NCBI GenBank assembly: GCA_963784705.1
Contig: CAWASC010000008.1
Location: 538,141 to 602,140 of the forward strand
Direction: 5' to 3'
Source of the DNA: an uncultured Actinomycetota bacterium
Lineage (GTDB): Bacteria; Actinomycetota; Actinomycetes; Mycobacteriales; SCTD01
DNA: 64,000 bases
The notes under the pieces are model-generated. The model searched no databases, was not told the DNA's origin, and saw nothing but the letters and a program-made list of their open reading frames with translations. Each line of letters opens with the position of its first letter. The stretch's first letter is position 1. This document shows, in pieces, positions 16,160 through 25,560 of the stretch. Made by a program: the position numbers and the translations under genes.

Positions 16160-16613
16160 TCCGTCTCCTGATCCGTCTCTTGATCCGTCTTCTGATACGT
16201 CGCCTGAGCAGTCGGGCGGCTACTCGGGCACGCCACTGGCGCGCAAGCTCGGGATCACCGCGGACAGCCGGGTGCTGCTCGACGGGGCGCCCCCAGGCTT
16301 CGCCGTTCCCGGGCTCCCTCCCGGCGTGGACCTCGCCCGACGCCCCACGCGCCCGCCGTACGACGTCGCCGTGCTGTTCTGCCCGGACGCGGCGCGCCTG
16401 GCTCGGCGCTGGCCGGTCCTGCACGCGTCCGTCACGCCGGCGGGACGGCTCTGGGTGGCGTGGCCCAAGAAGGCAAGCGGGGTCACCACGGACCTCGACG
16501 ACGCTGCCGTGCGGGCCTACGGGCTCGTGCACGGCCGCGTCGACGTCAAGGTGTGCGCGATCGACCAGACGTGGTCCGGGTTGGCCTTCGTGGTCCGGGT
16601 GACGGACCGCTGA
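16140..16613 (+). CDS. DUF3052 domain-containing protein
   Basis: GYSGTPLARKLGI...LWVAWPKK...KVCAIDQTWSGL. The N-terminus carries a repeat-encoded DPSP/DPSL/DPSS/DTSP. Overlaps the Rieske 3' end by 20 nt. Confidence 0.8.
   Translation: MTSTSPDPSPDPSLDPSSDTSPEQSGGYSGTPLARKLGITADSRVLLDGAPPGFAVPGLPPGVDLARRPTRPPYDVAVLFCPDAARLARRWPVLHASVTPAGRLWVAWPKKASGVTTDLDDAAVRAYGLVHGRVDVKVCAIDQTWSGLAFVVRVTDR
16158..16205. repeat. 12-nt tandem repeat GATCCGTCTCCT x4 (degenerating)
   Basis: The copies are gatccgtctcct / gatccgtctctt / gatccgtcttct / gatacgtcgcct. The first copy contains the Rieske stop codon. Confidence 0.95.
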
Positions 16614-18188
16614 TCAGCAGCGGACGGACCGGGGCACCGTGAGGCTGACCAGGTAGGCGTTGACCGGGTCCTTGATGCAGCTCGGGGCGCTGCTGCGGTA
16701 GACCGTGTGGCCGTCGCCGTCGTACGTCAGCAGCACGCCCTTGGACAGCTGCGCGGCGAGGGCCTGCGCCCAGGAGTACGGCGTCGCGGGATCCCGGGTG
16801 GTCCCGAGCACCAGCACCGGCGGGCTGCCCGGAGCGGTGACCTTGTGCGGTGTCGACGTGGGAGCGAGCGGCCAGACCGAGCAGCCCAGACCCGACAGGG
16901 CGATGGCCGGTCCGAAGCGGGGGTAGTCCTTGCCGACCTGCGCCGCGAGCTTCTGGTACGGCGCGACCTCGCGCGGCCACGGCCGGTCGATGCAGTTGAC
17001 CGCCAGGTTGGCCTCGATGAGGTTCGCGTAGCCGTTGTCGCTGCGCTCGAGGTAGTTGTCGTTCAACGCCAGCAGCGTCGCGCCCTCACCGTCGACGGCC
17101 TCGGCCAGCGCCTCCGCGAGCGACGGCCACAGGCTGGTGCTGTAGAGCGCCTGGCCGACGCCGTAGCTGAACTCGGCCGGCCCGACGACGCGTGAGCCGT
17201 TGCCCGACAGCGGTTGGGTCTCGACCGCGGCGGCGAGCTTGTCGTACGCCTTGGTGAGGTCGCCGCTGACCTTCTTGCGGAACGCGCAGCTGGTCTTCTG
17301 GCAGTGGGCGAGGAAGGCGCCCAGGGCGACGTCGAACCCGCGGGACTGACCGGCGAGCAGCTGGTCCCAGCTGTTGGACGGGTCGAGCGCGCCGTCCAGG
17401 ACGAGCGCGCGGGCGTGCGTCGGGAACTGGTCGAGGTACGCCGCGCCGATCGCCGTGCCGTAGGAGTAGCCGAGGAAGGTGAGCTTGGCGTCTCCGACGG
17501 CGATCCGCGCCCGCTCGAGGTCCTGCGCCACGACCTCGGTGCCGACGTAGGGGAGGATCCGGCCGGACCGGCTCTTGCACCCGGCCGCGAACTGCCGGTT
17601 CCCGCGGTCGAGCTCCGCGAGCTCCCGGTCGTTGTCGGGCACGGGGTCGAGGTGGAAGTAGGCATCGAGCTGGGCGGTGCTCTCGCACCGGACCGGGACG
17701 CTGCGTCCGACGCCACGCGGGTCGAAGGCGACGAGGTCGAACCGCTCGCGCAGCGGGCTGGGAAGGCTGCTGTAGGCGGCCTGGAGGTACTCCACAGCGG
17801 AGGCGCCGGGGCCACCCGGGTTGACGAACAGGGACGAGATCTTGCGCCCGGTCGCCTTGTGCCGCGTCAGGGCGAGGGCGACCGTGCCGAGCGCGGGCCG
17901 CTTCTCGTCCAGGCGCACGGTCAGCGTCGCGCACTGGAAGCCGTTGCCGTCACAGGACTTCCAGGCCGAGAGGACACCCCGCGACAGGGTGGCACCGGTT
18001 GCGCTGGGCGTGGCGACGGTCGTGGGGGCGGTCGTCCCGGTCGGGGAGGGCGTGACCGGGGCGGTGGTGGCCGTCGGCGCGGCCGTAGCCGGGACCGTCC
18101 CGGGGTCCGAGGTGGATCCGCTGGCGCAGGCCGCGAGGGGCAGGACGGCGACGAGGACGAGGGCGGGGAGGCGTGAGCGCAGGTGCAC
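16614..18188 (-). CDS. secreted alpha/beta hydrolase lipoprotein (tripeptidyl aminopeptidase-like, S33 type)
   Basis: Signal peptide with lipobox LPLAAC, a Thr/Pro-rich linker, and nucleophile elbow GYSYGT. 524 aa, GTG start at 18188. Confidence 0.85.
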   Translation of the reverse strand: MHLRSRLPALVLVAVLPLAACASGSTSDPGTVPATAAPTATTAPVTPSPTGTTAPTTVATPSATGATLSRGVLSAWKSCDGNGFQCATLTVRLDEKRPALGTVALALTRHKATGRKISSLFVNPGGPGASAVEYLQAAYSSLPSPLRERFDLVAFDPRGVGRSVPVRCESTAQLDAYFHLDPVPDNDRELAELDRGNRQFAAGCKSRSGRILPYVGTEVVAQDLERARIAVGDAKLTFLGYSYGTAIGAAYLDQFPTHARALVLDGALDPSNSWDQLLAGQSRGFDVALGAFLAHCQKTSCAFRKKVSGDLTKAYDKLAAAVETQPLSGNGSRVVGPAEFSYGVGQALYSTSLWPSLAEALAEAVDGEGATLLALNDNYLERSDNGYANLIEANLAVNCIDRPWPREVAPYQKLAAQVGKDYPRFGPAIALSGLGCSVWPLAPTSTPHKVTAPGSPPVLVLGTTRDPATPYSWAQALAAQLSKGVLLTYDGDGHTVYRSSAPSCIKDPVNAYLVSLTVPRSVRC

Positions 18189-18232
18189 CGGTCCAGTCTG
18201 TCAGCAATCGCGCGCAGCGCAGGCCGCCGAGC

Positions 18233-18272
18233 ACTCGCACACCACTCGCACAGGACTCGCACAGGACTCGCC
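18233..18272. repeat. 11-nt tandem repeat ACTCGCACAGG, about 3.6 copies, in a divergent promoter region
   Basis: The copies are actcgcacacc / actcgcacagg / actcgcacagg / actcgcc. Located between the peptidase start (18188, minus) and the kgd start (18397, plus). Confidence 0.9.
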
Positions 18273-18396
18273 GGAGCGCCTGCCCCCACTGCCCGCGAAC
18301 TGCGGCGTACGCGAGTAGCCTTGCCGGTCGGCAGGATGCTCGGTCCGACCCCTCTGCCACCCTTCTCCCGACGACAGCACAAGGCGGCGTTTCAGC

Positions 18397-21300
18397 GTGT
18401 CCCCAACCCCAGGGCAGCCCGCACAGACCAGCGACTTCGGTGCCAACGAGTGGTACATCCAGGAGCTCCTGGAGGACTACACGAAGGACCCGGGCAGCGT
18501 CCCGGAGCAGTGGCGGGCGGTGCTGGCCGACTACGCCGCGCAGCAGACCAACGGCACCGCCGCACCTGCCGCACCCGCCGCGCCGTCCACGTCAGCGGAG
18601 CCGTCCAAGTCAGCGGAGCCGGCGCCCGTCCCGCCCGCGCAGCCGAAGGCCCCCGACGTCACGCCTGCAGCCGTCAAGCCTGCAGCCGTCAAGCCTGGAC
18701 AGGAGAAGCCAGCAGAAGACCAGCCTGCGGACGAGAAGCCCACCGCGACGACGACGCCCCTCAAGGGCGCGGCCGCCCGCGTCGTGACCAACATGGAGTC
18801 CTCGCTCGAGGTCCCGACGGCGACCAGCGTCCGCGCGGTCCCCGCCAAGCTCCTCGCCGACAACCGCACCGTGATCAACAACCACCTGCGCCGTTCCCGC
18901 GGCGGCAAGGTGAGCTTCACCCACCTCATCGGCTACGCGCTCGTCAAGGCGGCCGTCGACGTGCCGGTCATGAACACCAGCTACGCGCTCACCGACGGCA
19001 AGCCCACGCTGGTCACGCCGCCGCACGTCGGCCTCGGGCTCGCGATCGACCTGCAGAACGCCAACGGCACCCGTTCCCTGGTCGTCGCGGCGATCAAGGA
19101 CGCCGACACCCTCGACTTCTCGCAGTTCGTCGCGGCGTACGAGGACATCGTCAAGCGCGCCCGCACCGGCAAGCTGACGATGGACGACTTCCAGGGCGCG
19201 ACGATCAGCCTCACCAACCCTGGCGGCATCGGGACGGTCCACTCCGTGCCGCGGCTCATGCAGGGCCAGGGCGCGATCATCGGCGTCGGGGCGATGGAGT
19301 ACCCCGCCGAGTTCCAGGGCGCGTCCGAGGAGCAGCTGTCGAGGCTGGCCATCTCCAAGGTCATCACCCTCACCTCCACCTACGACCACCGGGTGATCCA
19401 GGGCGCGCAGTCCGGCGAGTTCCTGCGCCGGATGCACCAGCTGCTGCTCGGCGAGGGTGGGTTCTACGACGAGGTCTTCGCGTCGCTGCGCATCCCCTAC
19501 GAGCCGGTCCGCTGGGTGCCGGACGTCTCGATCACCCACGAGGGCGACCTGGAGAAGTCGACCCGGGTGATGGAGCTCATCCACGCCTACCGCGTGCGCG
19601 GCCACCTGATGGCCGACACCGACCCGCTCAACTTCAAGGTCCGGACCCACCCCGACCTCGACGTCGTCAACCACGGCCTCACCCTGTGGGACCTCGACCG
19701 CACCTTCCCGGTCGGGGGCTTCGCCGGTCAGCGCACCCTGAAGCTGCGCGAGGTCCTCGGCGTCCTGCGTGACTCCTACTGCCGCAACGTCGGCATCGAG
19801 TACATGCACATCCAGGACACCGCCCAGCGGCGCTGGATCCAGGAGCGCGTGGAGAAGAAGAGCGAAGCGCCCGACCGCGACCTGCAGCTGCACGTTCTCA
19901 AGCGGCTGAACGCCGCGGAGGCCTTCGAGAACTTCCTGCAGACCAAGTTCGTCGGGCAGAAGCGCTTCAGCCTCGAGGGGGGCGAGTCGGTCATCCCGAT
20001 GCTCGACGCCGTGCTCCAGGGGGCGGCGCGCGCCCGCCTGGACGAGGTCGTCATCGGCATGGCCCACCGCGGCCGCCTGAACGTCCTCGCCAACATCGTC
20101 GGCAAGTCCTACGGCCAGATCTTCCGCGAGTTCGAGGGCAACATCGACCCGAAGACCGTTCAGGGCTCCGGCGACGTGAAGTACCACCTCGGCGCCGAGG
20201 GGACGTTCACGGCGAACGACGGCTCGACGACCCGCGTCAGCCTCACCTCGAACCCCTCGCACCTCGAGGCGGTCAACCCGGTGCTCGAGGGCATCGTCCG
20301 CGCGAAGCAGGACGTCATCGACAAGGGCGAGGCGGGCTTCACCGTCCTGCCGCTGCTCCTGCACGGCGACGCGGCCTTCGCCGGCCAGGGCGTCGTGGCC
20401 GAGACGCTGCAGATGGGCCAGCTGCGCGGCTACCGCACCGGAGGCACGGTGCACATCGTCATCAACAACCAGGTGGGGTTCACCACGGCCCCGGAGTTCA
20501 GCCGTTCCTCGACGTACTCCACGGACGTCGCCCGGACCGTGCAGGCACCCATCTTCCACGTGAACGGCGACGACCCCGAGGCCTGCGTGCGCGTGGCGCA
20601 GCTGGCCTTCGAGTTCCGCCAGGCGTTCAAGAAGGACGTCGTCATCGACCTCGTCTGCTACCGCCGGCGCGGGCACAACGAGGGCGACGACCCCTCGATG
20701 ACCCAGCCCCTGATGTACGACGTCATCGACCGCAAGCTGTCGGTCCGCAAGACCTACACCGAGCAGCTGGTGGGCCGCGGCGACATCACGGCAGAAGAGG
20801 CCGAGATGGCGCTCGCCGACTACCAGGCGCAGCTCGAGCGGGTGTTCGCCGAGACCCGCGACGCCTCCACGTCCAGCGCGGTCGAGCCGCCGATGGTCCC
20901 CTCGCTCGACCTCTCGGCGATCGAGACCGCCGTCGAGCAGGACGTCCTCGACCGCATCGGCAAGGCCCACGTGGAGATGCCCGAGGGCTTCACCCCCCAC
21001 CCGAAGCTCGCGCCGCTCATGCAGCGCCGGGCCAACATGGTCACCGAGGGCGGCATCGACTGGGGCTTCGGCGAGATCCTGGCCCTCGGCTCCCTGCTGC
21101 TCGAGGGACAGCCCGTCCGCCTGGCCGGACAGGACTCCCGCCGCGGCACGTTCGTCCAGCGGCACGCGACCCTCATCGACCGAGGCAGCGCGGCCGAGTA
21201 CACCCCGCTCAAGAACATGACCGAGGACCAGGGGACCTTCTACGTCTACGACTCGCTGCTCAGCGAGTACGCCTGCCTCGGCTTCGAGTACGGCTACTCC

Positions 21301-22084
21301 GTGGCCCGTCCCGAGGCCCTGGTGCTGTGGGAGGCGCAGTTCGGCGACTTCGTCAACGGCGCCATGACGATCATCGACGAGTTCATCGCCTCCGGCGAGG
21401 CCAAGTGGGGCCAGCGCTCCGGCGTCACCCTGCTGCTCCCCCACGGGTACGAGGGCCAGGGACCGGACCACTCGTCGACGCGCATCGAGCGCTTCCTGCA
21501 GCTGTGCGGCGAGGACAACATGACGGTCGCCTACCCGACCACGCCCGCCCAGCACTTCCACCTGCTGCGCGCCCAGGCGATGTCCTCGGTGAACCGGCCG
21601 CTCGTCGTCGTCACGCCGAAGTCGATGCTGCGGCTGAAGGCCGCGGCGTCCATGCCGCTCGACTTCACGACCGGGCGCTGGCAGCCGGTGCTCGCCGACG
21701 CCGAGTCACCCGACCCGGCCGGAGTGACCCGCGTGGTGCTCACGCGCCGGCAAGGTCCACTACGACCTCGCGGCCGCCCGCCGCAAGAGCGAGGACACCT
21801 CCGTCGCCCTGCTGCGGGTCGAGCAGCTCTACCCGACGCCCGGTGCCCAGGTGCGCGACGCGCTCGCCCTCTACCCGAACGCCACCGACGTCGTGTGGGC
21901 CCAGGAGGAGCCGGCCAACCAGGGAGCCTGGAGTCACATCGCCCTGTCCCTGCCGGAGCACTTGCCCTCGGACGTCCGGCTGCGCCGCGTGTCGCGCCGC
22001 GCCGCGGCGTCTCCGGCAGCCGGGTCGAGCAAGGTCCACGAGGCGGAGCAGGCGGCGCTCGTCGAGGCCGTCTTCGCGAGGTAG
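18397..22084 (+). pseudogene. kgd: multifunctional 2-oxoglutarate decarboxylase/dehydrogenase E1 (Kgd/SucA with N-terminal E2-like acyltransferase domain); frame broken by a 1-nt insertion near 21745-21750 (or sequencing error)
   Basis: Colinear Kgd similarity runs to ...AGVTRVVLT in frame of 18397. The conserved C-terminus [29 protein letters not shown]...[13 protein letters not shown]...[18 protein letters not shown] continues in the next frame (21749..22084). The span of 3688 nt equals 3n+1. Confidence 0.92.
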
Positions 22085-22086
22085 CC

Positions 22087-22263
22087 GTGTACTTCACCGA
22101 CCGTGGGCTCGAGGAGCTCGCGACCCGTCGCGGCGACGAGCAGGTCACGCTCGCCTGGCTGGCCGAGCGGATGAAGGACTTCGTCGACGAGCACCCCGAG
22201 TTCGAGGTGCCCGTCGAGCGCCTGGCGACCTGGCTGGCGCGCCTCGACGACGACGAGGAGTAG
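22087..22263 (+). CDS. small conserved acidic protein (DUF6104-like, from memory)
   Basis: GTG 22087 lies 2 nt after the true kgd stop. [58 protein letters not shown]. In the track it appears artificially fused to the out-of-frame kgd tail. Confidence 0.65.
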   Translation: MYFTDRGLEELATRRGDEQVTLAWLAERMKDFVDEHPEFEVPVERLATWLARLDDDEE

Positions 22264-22265
22264 CG

Positions 22266-23060
22266 CTACCGGCGTCGTCGGGGGCTGAGCTCGCGCGGAC
22301 GCGCGCTCCCGCGCAGCCGCCAGACCAGCGCAGCACCGAGCACGAAGCCGATGACGTGCGCGCCGTACGCCACGCCCGACGTCCCTGCGACGCCCGCGCC
22401 CCTGAAGTAGAGGTACTGCAGGACGAACCAGCTGCCGAGGACCAGCCATGCCGGCAGCCGCAGCGGCAGGAAGAACAAGAAGGTGAGCAACGACAGGACC
22501 TTGGCGCGGGGGTAGAGCACCAGGTAGGCGCCCAGGACGCCGGCGATGGCGCCGGACGCTCCGACGAGCGGCGACGTGGACGACGGGTCCAGGAGGGAGA
22601 AGCCGTACGTCGCTGCGTAGCCGCAGCCGAGGTAGAACGCCAGGAAGCGCAGTCGCCCCAGCCGGTCCTCGACGTTGTTGCCGAAGACGTAGAGGAACAA
22701 CATGTTGCCCAGCAGGTGCAGCCAGCCGCCGTGCAGGAACATGGCCGTGAGCGCCGACACGAACGGTCGTTTCGTGAACGGCGGCGGGGACTGCTCGACG
22801 CACCCGACCTGGTCACCGCGCCGCCCGACCGCTCCGGTGGACGCGCGCGGCTCCTGCCGGTTGTGGACCAGCTCGTCGGGGACCGCGGCGTACTGGTCGA
22901 GGAACGCCACGATGCGGCACTCCTGCGCCGCGCTCTGGCCGCCCACGACGTGGACCGCCAGTGGGCTCAGTGCGAACGCGACGACGTTGACGAGCAGCAG
23001 CAGGTAGGTGATGACCGGCGTGCGGCGGGTGGGGTTGGTGTCGTGGACAGGCAGGACCAC
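22266..23060 (-). CDS. rhomboid family intramembrane serine protease
   Basis: 264 aa with HGGWLHLLGNMLFL, the catalytic GASGAIAGVLGAY motif and a downstream AHVIGF His. Confidence 0.88.
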   Translation of the reverse strand: MVLPVHDTNPTRRTPVITYLLLLVNVVAFALSPLAVHVVGGQSAAQECRIVAFLDQYAAVPDELVHNRQEPRASTGAVGRRGDQVGCVEQSPPPFTKRPFVSALTAMFLHGGWLHLLGNMLFLYVFGNNVEDRLGRLRFLAFYLGCGYAATYGFSLLDPSSTSPLVGASGAIAGVLGAYLVLYPRAKVLSLLTFLFFLPLRLPAWLVLGSWFVLQYLYFRGAGVAGTSGVAYGAHVIGFVLGAALVWRLRGSARPRELSPRRRR

Positions 23061-23086
23061 CGGGGGAGCTCCAGGGGCCGAAGGGA

Positions 23087-24052
23087 TCAGGCGGTGAGGA
23101 CGAGCTTGCCGAACACGGTTCCCTCCGCGAGCCGCGCGAAGCTTGCCGCGGCGTCCGACAGGGGCCGCACGTCGTCGATCAGCGGTCGCAGCCCCGTCGC
23201 CGACAGGAACCCGAGCAGGTCACGCAGCTCGTCCCGGGTGCCCATCGTCGACCCGATGACCCGCAGCTGCAGGAAGAACAACCGGTTCAGGTCGGCGCTC
23301 GGATCGGGTCCGGTCGTCGCGCCGGACACCACGAGGGTGCCGCCAGGACGCAGGGCACGCATCGAGTGAGACCACGTCGCCTTGCCCACCGTCTCGAGGA
23401 CCGCGTCGGCCTTGCCCGGCAGGCGGGCGCCGCTCTCGAAGACCTCGTGCGCTCCGAGGTCGAGGGCCCGGGAGCGCTTGTCGTCGTCGCGGCTGGTGGC
23501 CCAGACGGTGAGGCCGGCCGCCCTGGCCAGGGCGATCGCAGCGGTCGCGACGCCGCCGCCGGCTCCCTGGACGAGCACCGTCTGACCAGGGCGCACCTGC
23601 GCGTTGGTGAACAGCATCCGGTACGCCGTCAGCCACGCCGTCGGCACGCAGGCAGCTTCCTCCCAGCTGAGGTCGGCCGGCTTGGGCAGCACGTTGCGCG
23701 CGGGCACCACGACCTGCTCGGCCAGCGTCCCGTCGTACTTCTCCGACAGCAGGGTGCGCTTCGGGTCGAGGGTGTCGTCGCCGGTCCACCCTGGGCTGGT
23801 CACGACGGCGTGCACGACGACCTCGGACCCGTCGTCGAGCGTTCCCGCGGCGTCGCAGCCGAGGACCATCGGCAGCGCGTCCGCGGACAGCCCCACGCCC
23901 TTGAGCGACCACAGGTCGTGGTGGTTCAGCGCCGCCGCCTTGACCGTGACGCGGACCCACCCCTCAGGTACCTGCGGGTCGGGGCGCTCCCCCACGGTGA
24001 GGCCGGAGAGCGGATCGTCGGCGGACTGGCTGGTGCAGGTGACGGCAAGCAT
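23087..24052 (-). CDS. zinc-binding/quinone oxidoreductase (MDR superfamily alcohol dehydrogenase-like)
   Basis: 321 aa. LNHHDLW, the GAGGGVATAAIALARAAG Rossmann motif, and C-terminal GKLVL. Confidence 0.85.
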   Translation of the reverse strand: MLAVTCTSQSADDPLSGLTVGERPDPQVPEGWVRVTVKAAALNHHDLWSLKGVGLSADALPMVLGCDAAGTLDDGSEVVVHAVVTSPGWTGDDTLDPKRTLLSEKYDGTLAEQVVVPARNVLPKPADLSWEEAACVPTAWLTAYRMLFTNAQVRPGQTVLVQGAGGGVATAAIALARAAGLTVWATSRDDDKRSRALDLGAHEVFESGARLPGKADAVLETVGKATWSHSMRALRPGGTLVVSGATTGPDPSADLNRLFFLQLRVIGSTMGTRDELRDLLGFLSATGLRPLIDDVRPLSDAAASFARLAEGTVFGKLVLTA

Positions 24053-24086
24053 GGCCGCACCCTAACCAGTCGGCTTCGCCACTCCG

Positions 24087-25292
24087 CTACAGGCGGGCGA
24101 CGCCCTCGGCGCGGGCTGCGGCGGCCACGGCCTCGGCCACCACGGTCGCGACCCGCGGGTCGAAGACGGACGGGATCACGCACTCCTCGGAGAGGTCGTC
24201 GCCGACGAGCGAGGCGAGCGCGACGGCGGCGGCCTGCTTCATCCCCTCGGTCACGCAGGTGGCGCGCACGGACATGGCGCCCTTGAAGACGCCGGGGAAC
24301 GCCAGCACGTTGTTGATCTGGTTCGGGAAGTCCGAACGGCCGGTGGCGATCACGCGGGCACCGGCACGGCGGGCGTCGTCCGGGTGGATCTCCGGGTCGG
24401 GGTTGGCCATGGAGAACACGATCGCGTCCGGGGCCATCGACTGCACCGCCTCGAACGGCACCTTGCCGCTGGACAGGCCGATGTAGACGTCAGCGCCGGC
24501 GAGCGCGTCGACCATCGACCCGGTGAAGGCGCCCCGGTTGCTGATGGTGGCGAACAGCCGCTTGGTGTCGTTGAGGTCGGTGCGGTCGACGTGGACCATG
24601 CCCTTGCTGTCCGCGACCGCGAGGTCACCGATGCCCGCCTCGAGGATCATCTTCGACACGGCGATCCCGGCTGCGCCGGCACCGCTGACCACGACGCGCA
24701 GGTCACCGAGGGACCGGCCGGTCAGCGTCGCAGCGTTGCGCAGGGCCGCGAGCGTGACGATCGCCGTACCGTGCTGGTCGTCGTGGAAGACCGGGATGTC
24801 GAGCCGTTCCTGGACCCGCCGCTCGACCTCGAAGCAGCGGGGCGCGCTGATGTCCTCGAGGTTGATGCCACCGAACGCCGGCGCGAGCCGCACGATCGTC
24901 TCGACCAGCTCGTCGGTGTCGGTCACGTCCAGGCAGATGGGGACGGCGTCGATGCCACCGAAGTGCTTGAAGAGCATCGCCTTGCCCTCCATCACCGGCA
25001 GCGCGGCGCGCGCTCCGATGTCACCGAGGCCGAGAACGGCTGTGCCGTCTGTGACGACAGCGACGGTGCGGGACATCCACGTGTAGTCGTAGACGAGGTC
25101 CGGCTCCTGGGCGATGGCCGTGCAGATGCGAGCGACGCCCGGCGTGTAGGCGAGGGACAGGTCCTCGCGCGTCTCGAGCGGCACGCTCAAGCCGATCTCG
25201 ATCTTGCCGCCGCGGTGCAGCGCGAACGCCGGGTCGGCGTCCCGATCGGGCGTGTGATGCACCACGGACAGGTCCTCCAGAAAGGTGGTCAC
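24087..25292 (-). CDS. NAD(P)-dependent malic enzyme (short form)
   Basis: GTG 25292 with GGAG 9 nt upstream. LAYTPGVARIC, VTDGTAVLGLGDIG, and GAGAAGIAV. 401 aa. Confidence 0.88.
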   Translation of the reverse strand: MTTFLEDLSVVHHTPDRDADPAFALHRGGKIEIGLSVPLETREDLSLAYTPGVARICTAIAQEPDLVYDYTWMSRTVAVVTDGTAVLGLGDIGARAALPVMEGKAMLFKHFGGIDAVPICLDVTDTDELVETIVRLAPAFGGINLEDISAPRCFEVERRVQERLDIPVFHDDQHGTAIVTLAALRNAATLTGRSLGDLRVVVSGAGAAGIAVSKMILEAGIGDLAVADSKGMVHVDRTDLNDTKRLFATISNRGAFTGSMVDALAGADVYIGLSSGKVPFEAVQSMAPDAIVFSMANPDPEIHPDDARRAGARVIATGRSDFPNQINNVLAFPGVFKGAMSVRATCVTEGMKQAAAVALASLVGDDLSEECVIPSVFDPRVATVVAEAVAAAARAEGVARL

Positions 25293-25560
25293 GAGAGTGT
25301 CTCCAAAGGGCGCCGACACTCCGCAACGGGAGCCTGACGACGCCGAGCGAGGGGGTTGGGGGCAAGGACGAGAAGGTCGCGCGGGGGGTCGCAGCGCGGC
25401 ATCGGTCGGGGGTTGCCCGTCCACTCATGATCGCACAGGGCGTGACCCCGCAGCGGTACGGGTTGGTGCCGAGGGGCCGCCCGTGACCCGGGCGTCACCG
25501 AGGGGTGGCACGATGCCGCCACCAACGATCATCACGATCACCCACGCTCCGGAGGATCCC

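Noticed and set aside
8077-18272. The short tandem repeats (8077, 14246, 16158, 18233) as CRISPR-like arrays.
   Set aside because: The units are 9-12 nt and contiguous with no spacers, and no cas genes are present. They are mini-satellites.
18610-21561. Very long antisense or off-frame ORFs (for example 18610..21561 minus 983 aa, 49002..51956 minus 984 aa, 5180..6724 minus 514 aa, 1678..3462 plus 594 aa) that could be read as giant overlapping genes.
   Set aside because: Their translations are monotonous Arg/Gly/Pro/Ala/His strings without any recognisable domain. They lie opposite or out of frame to genes with clear homology. Long stop-free shadow frames are expected in DNA this GC-rich.
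18397-22263. The 1288-aa ORF as a single Kgd protein with a novel C-terminal extension.
   Set aside because: The last ~170 residues comprise out-of-frame junk followed by a separate small conserved gene with its own GTG (22087). The genuine Kgd C-terminus is present in the adjacent frame (21749..22084).
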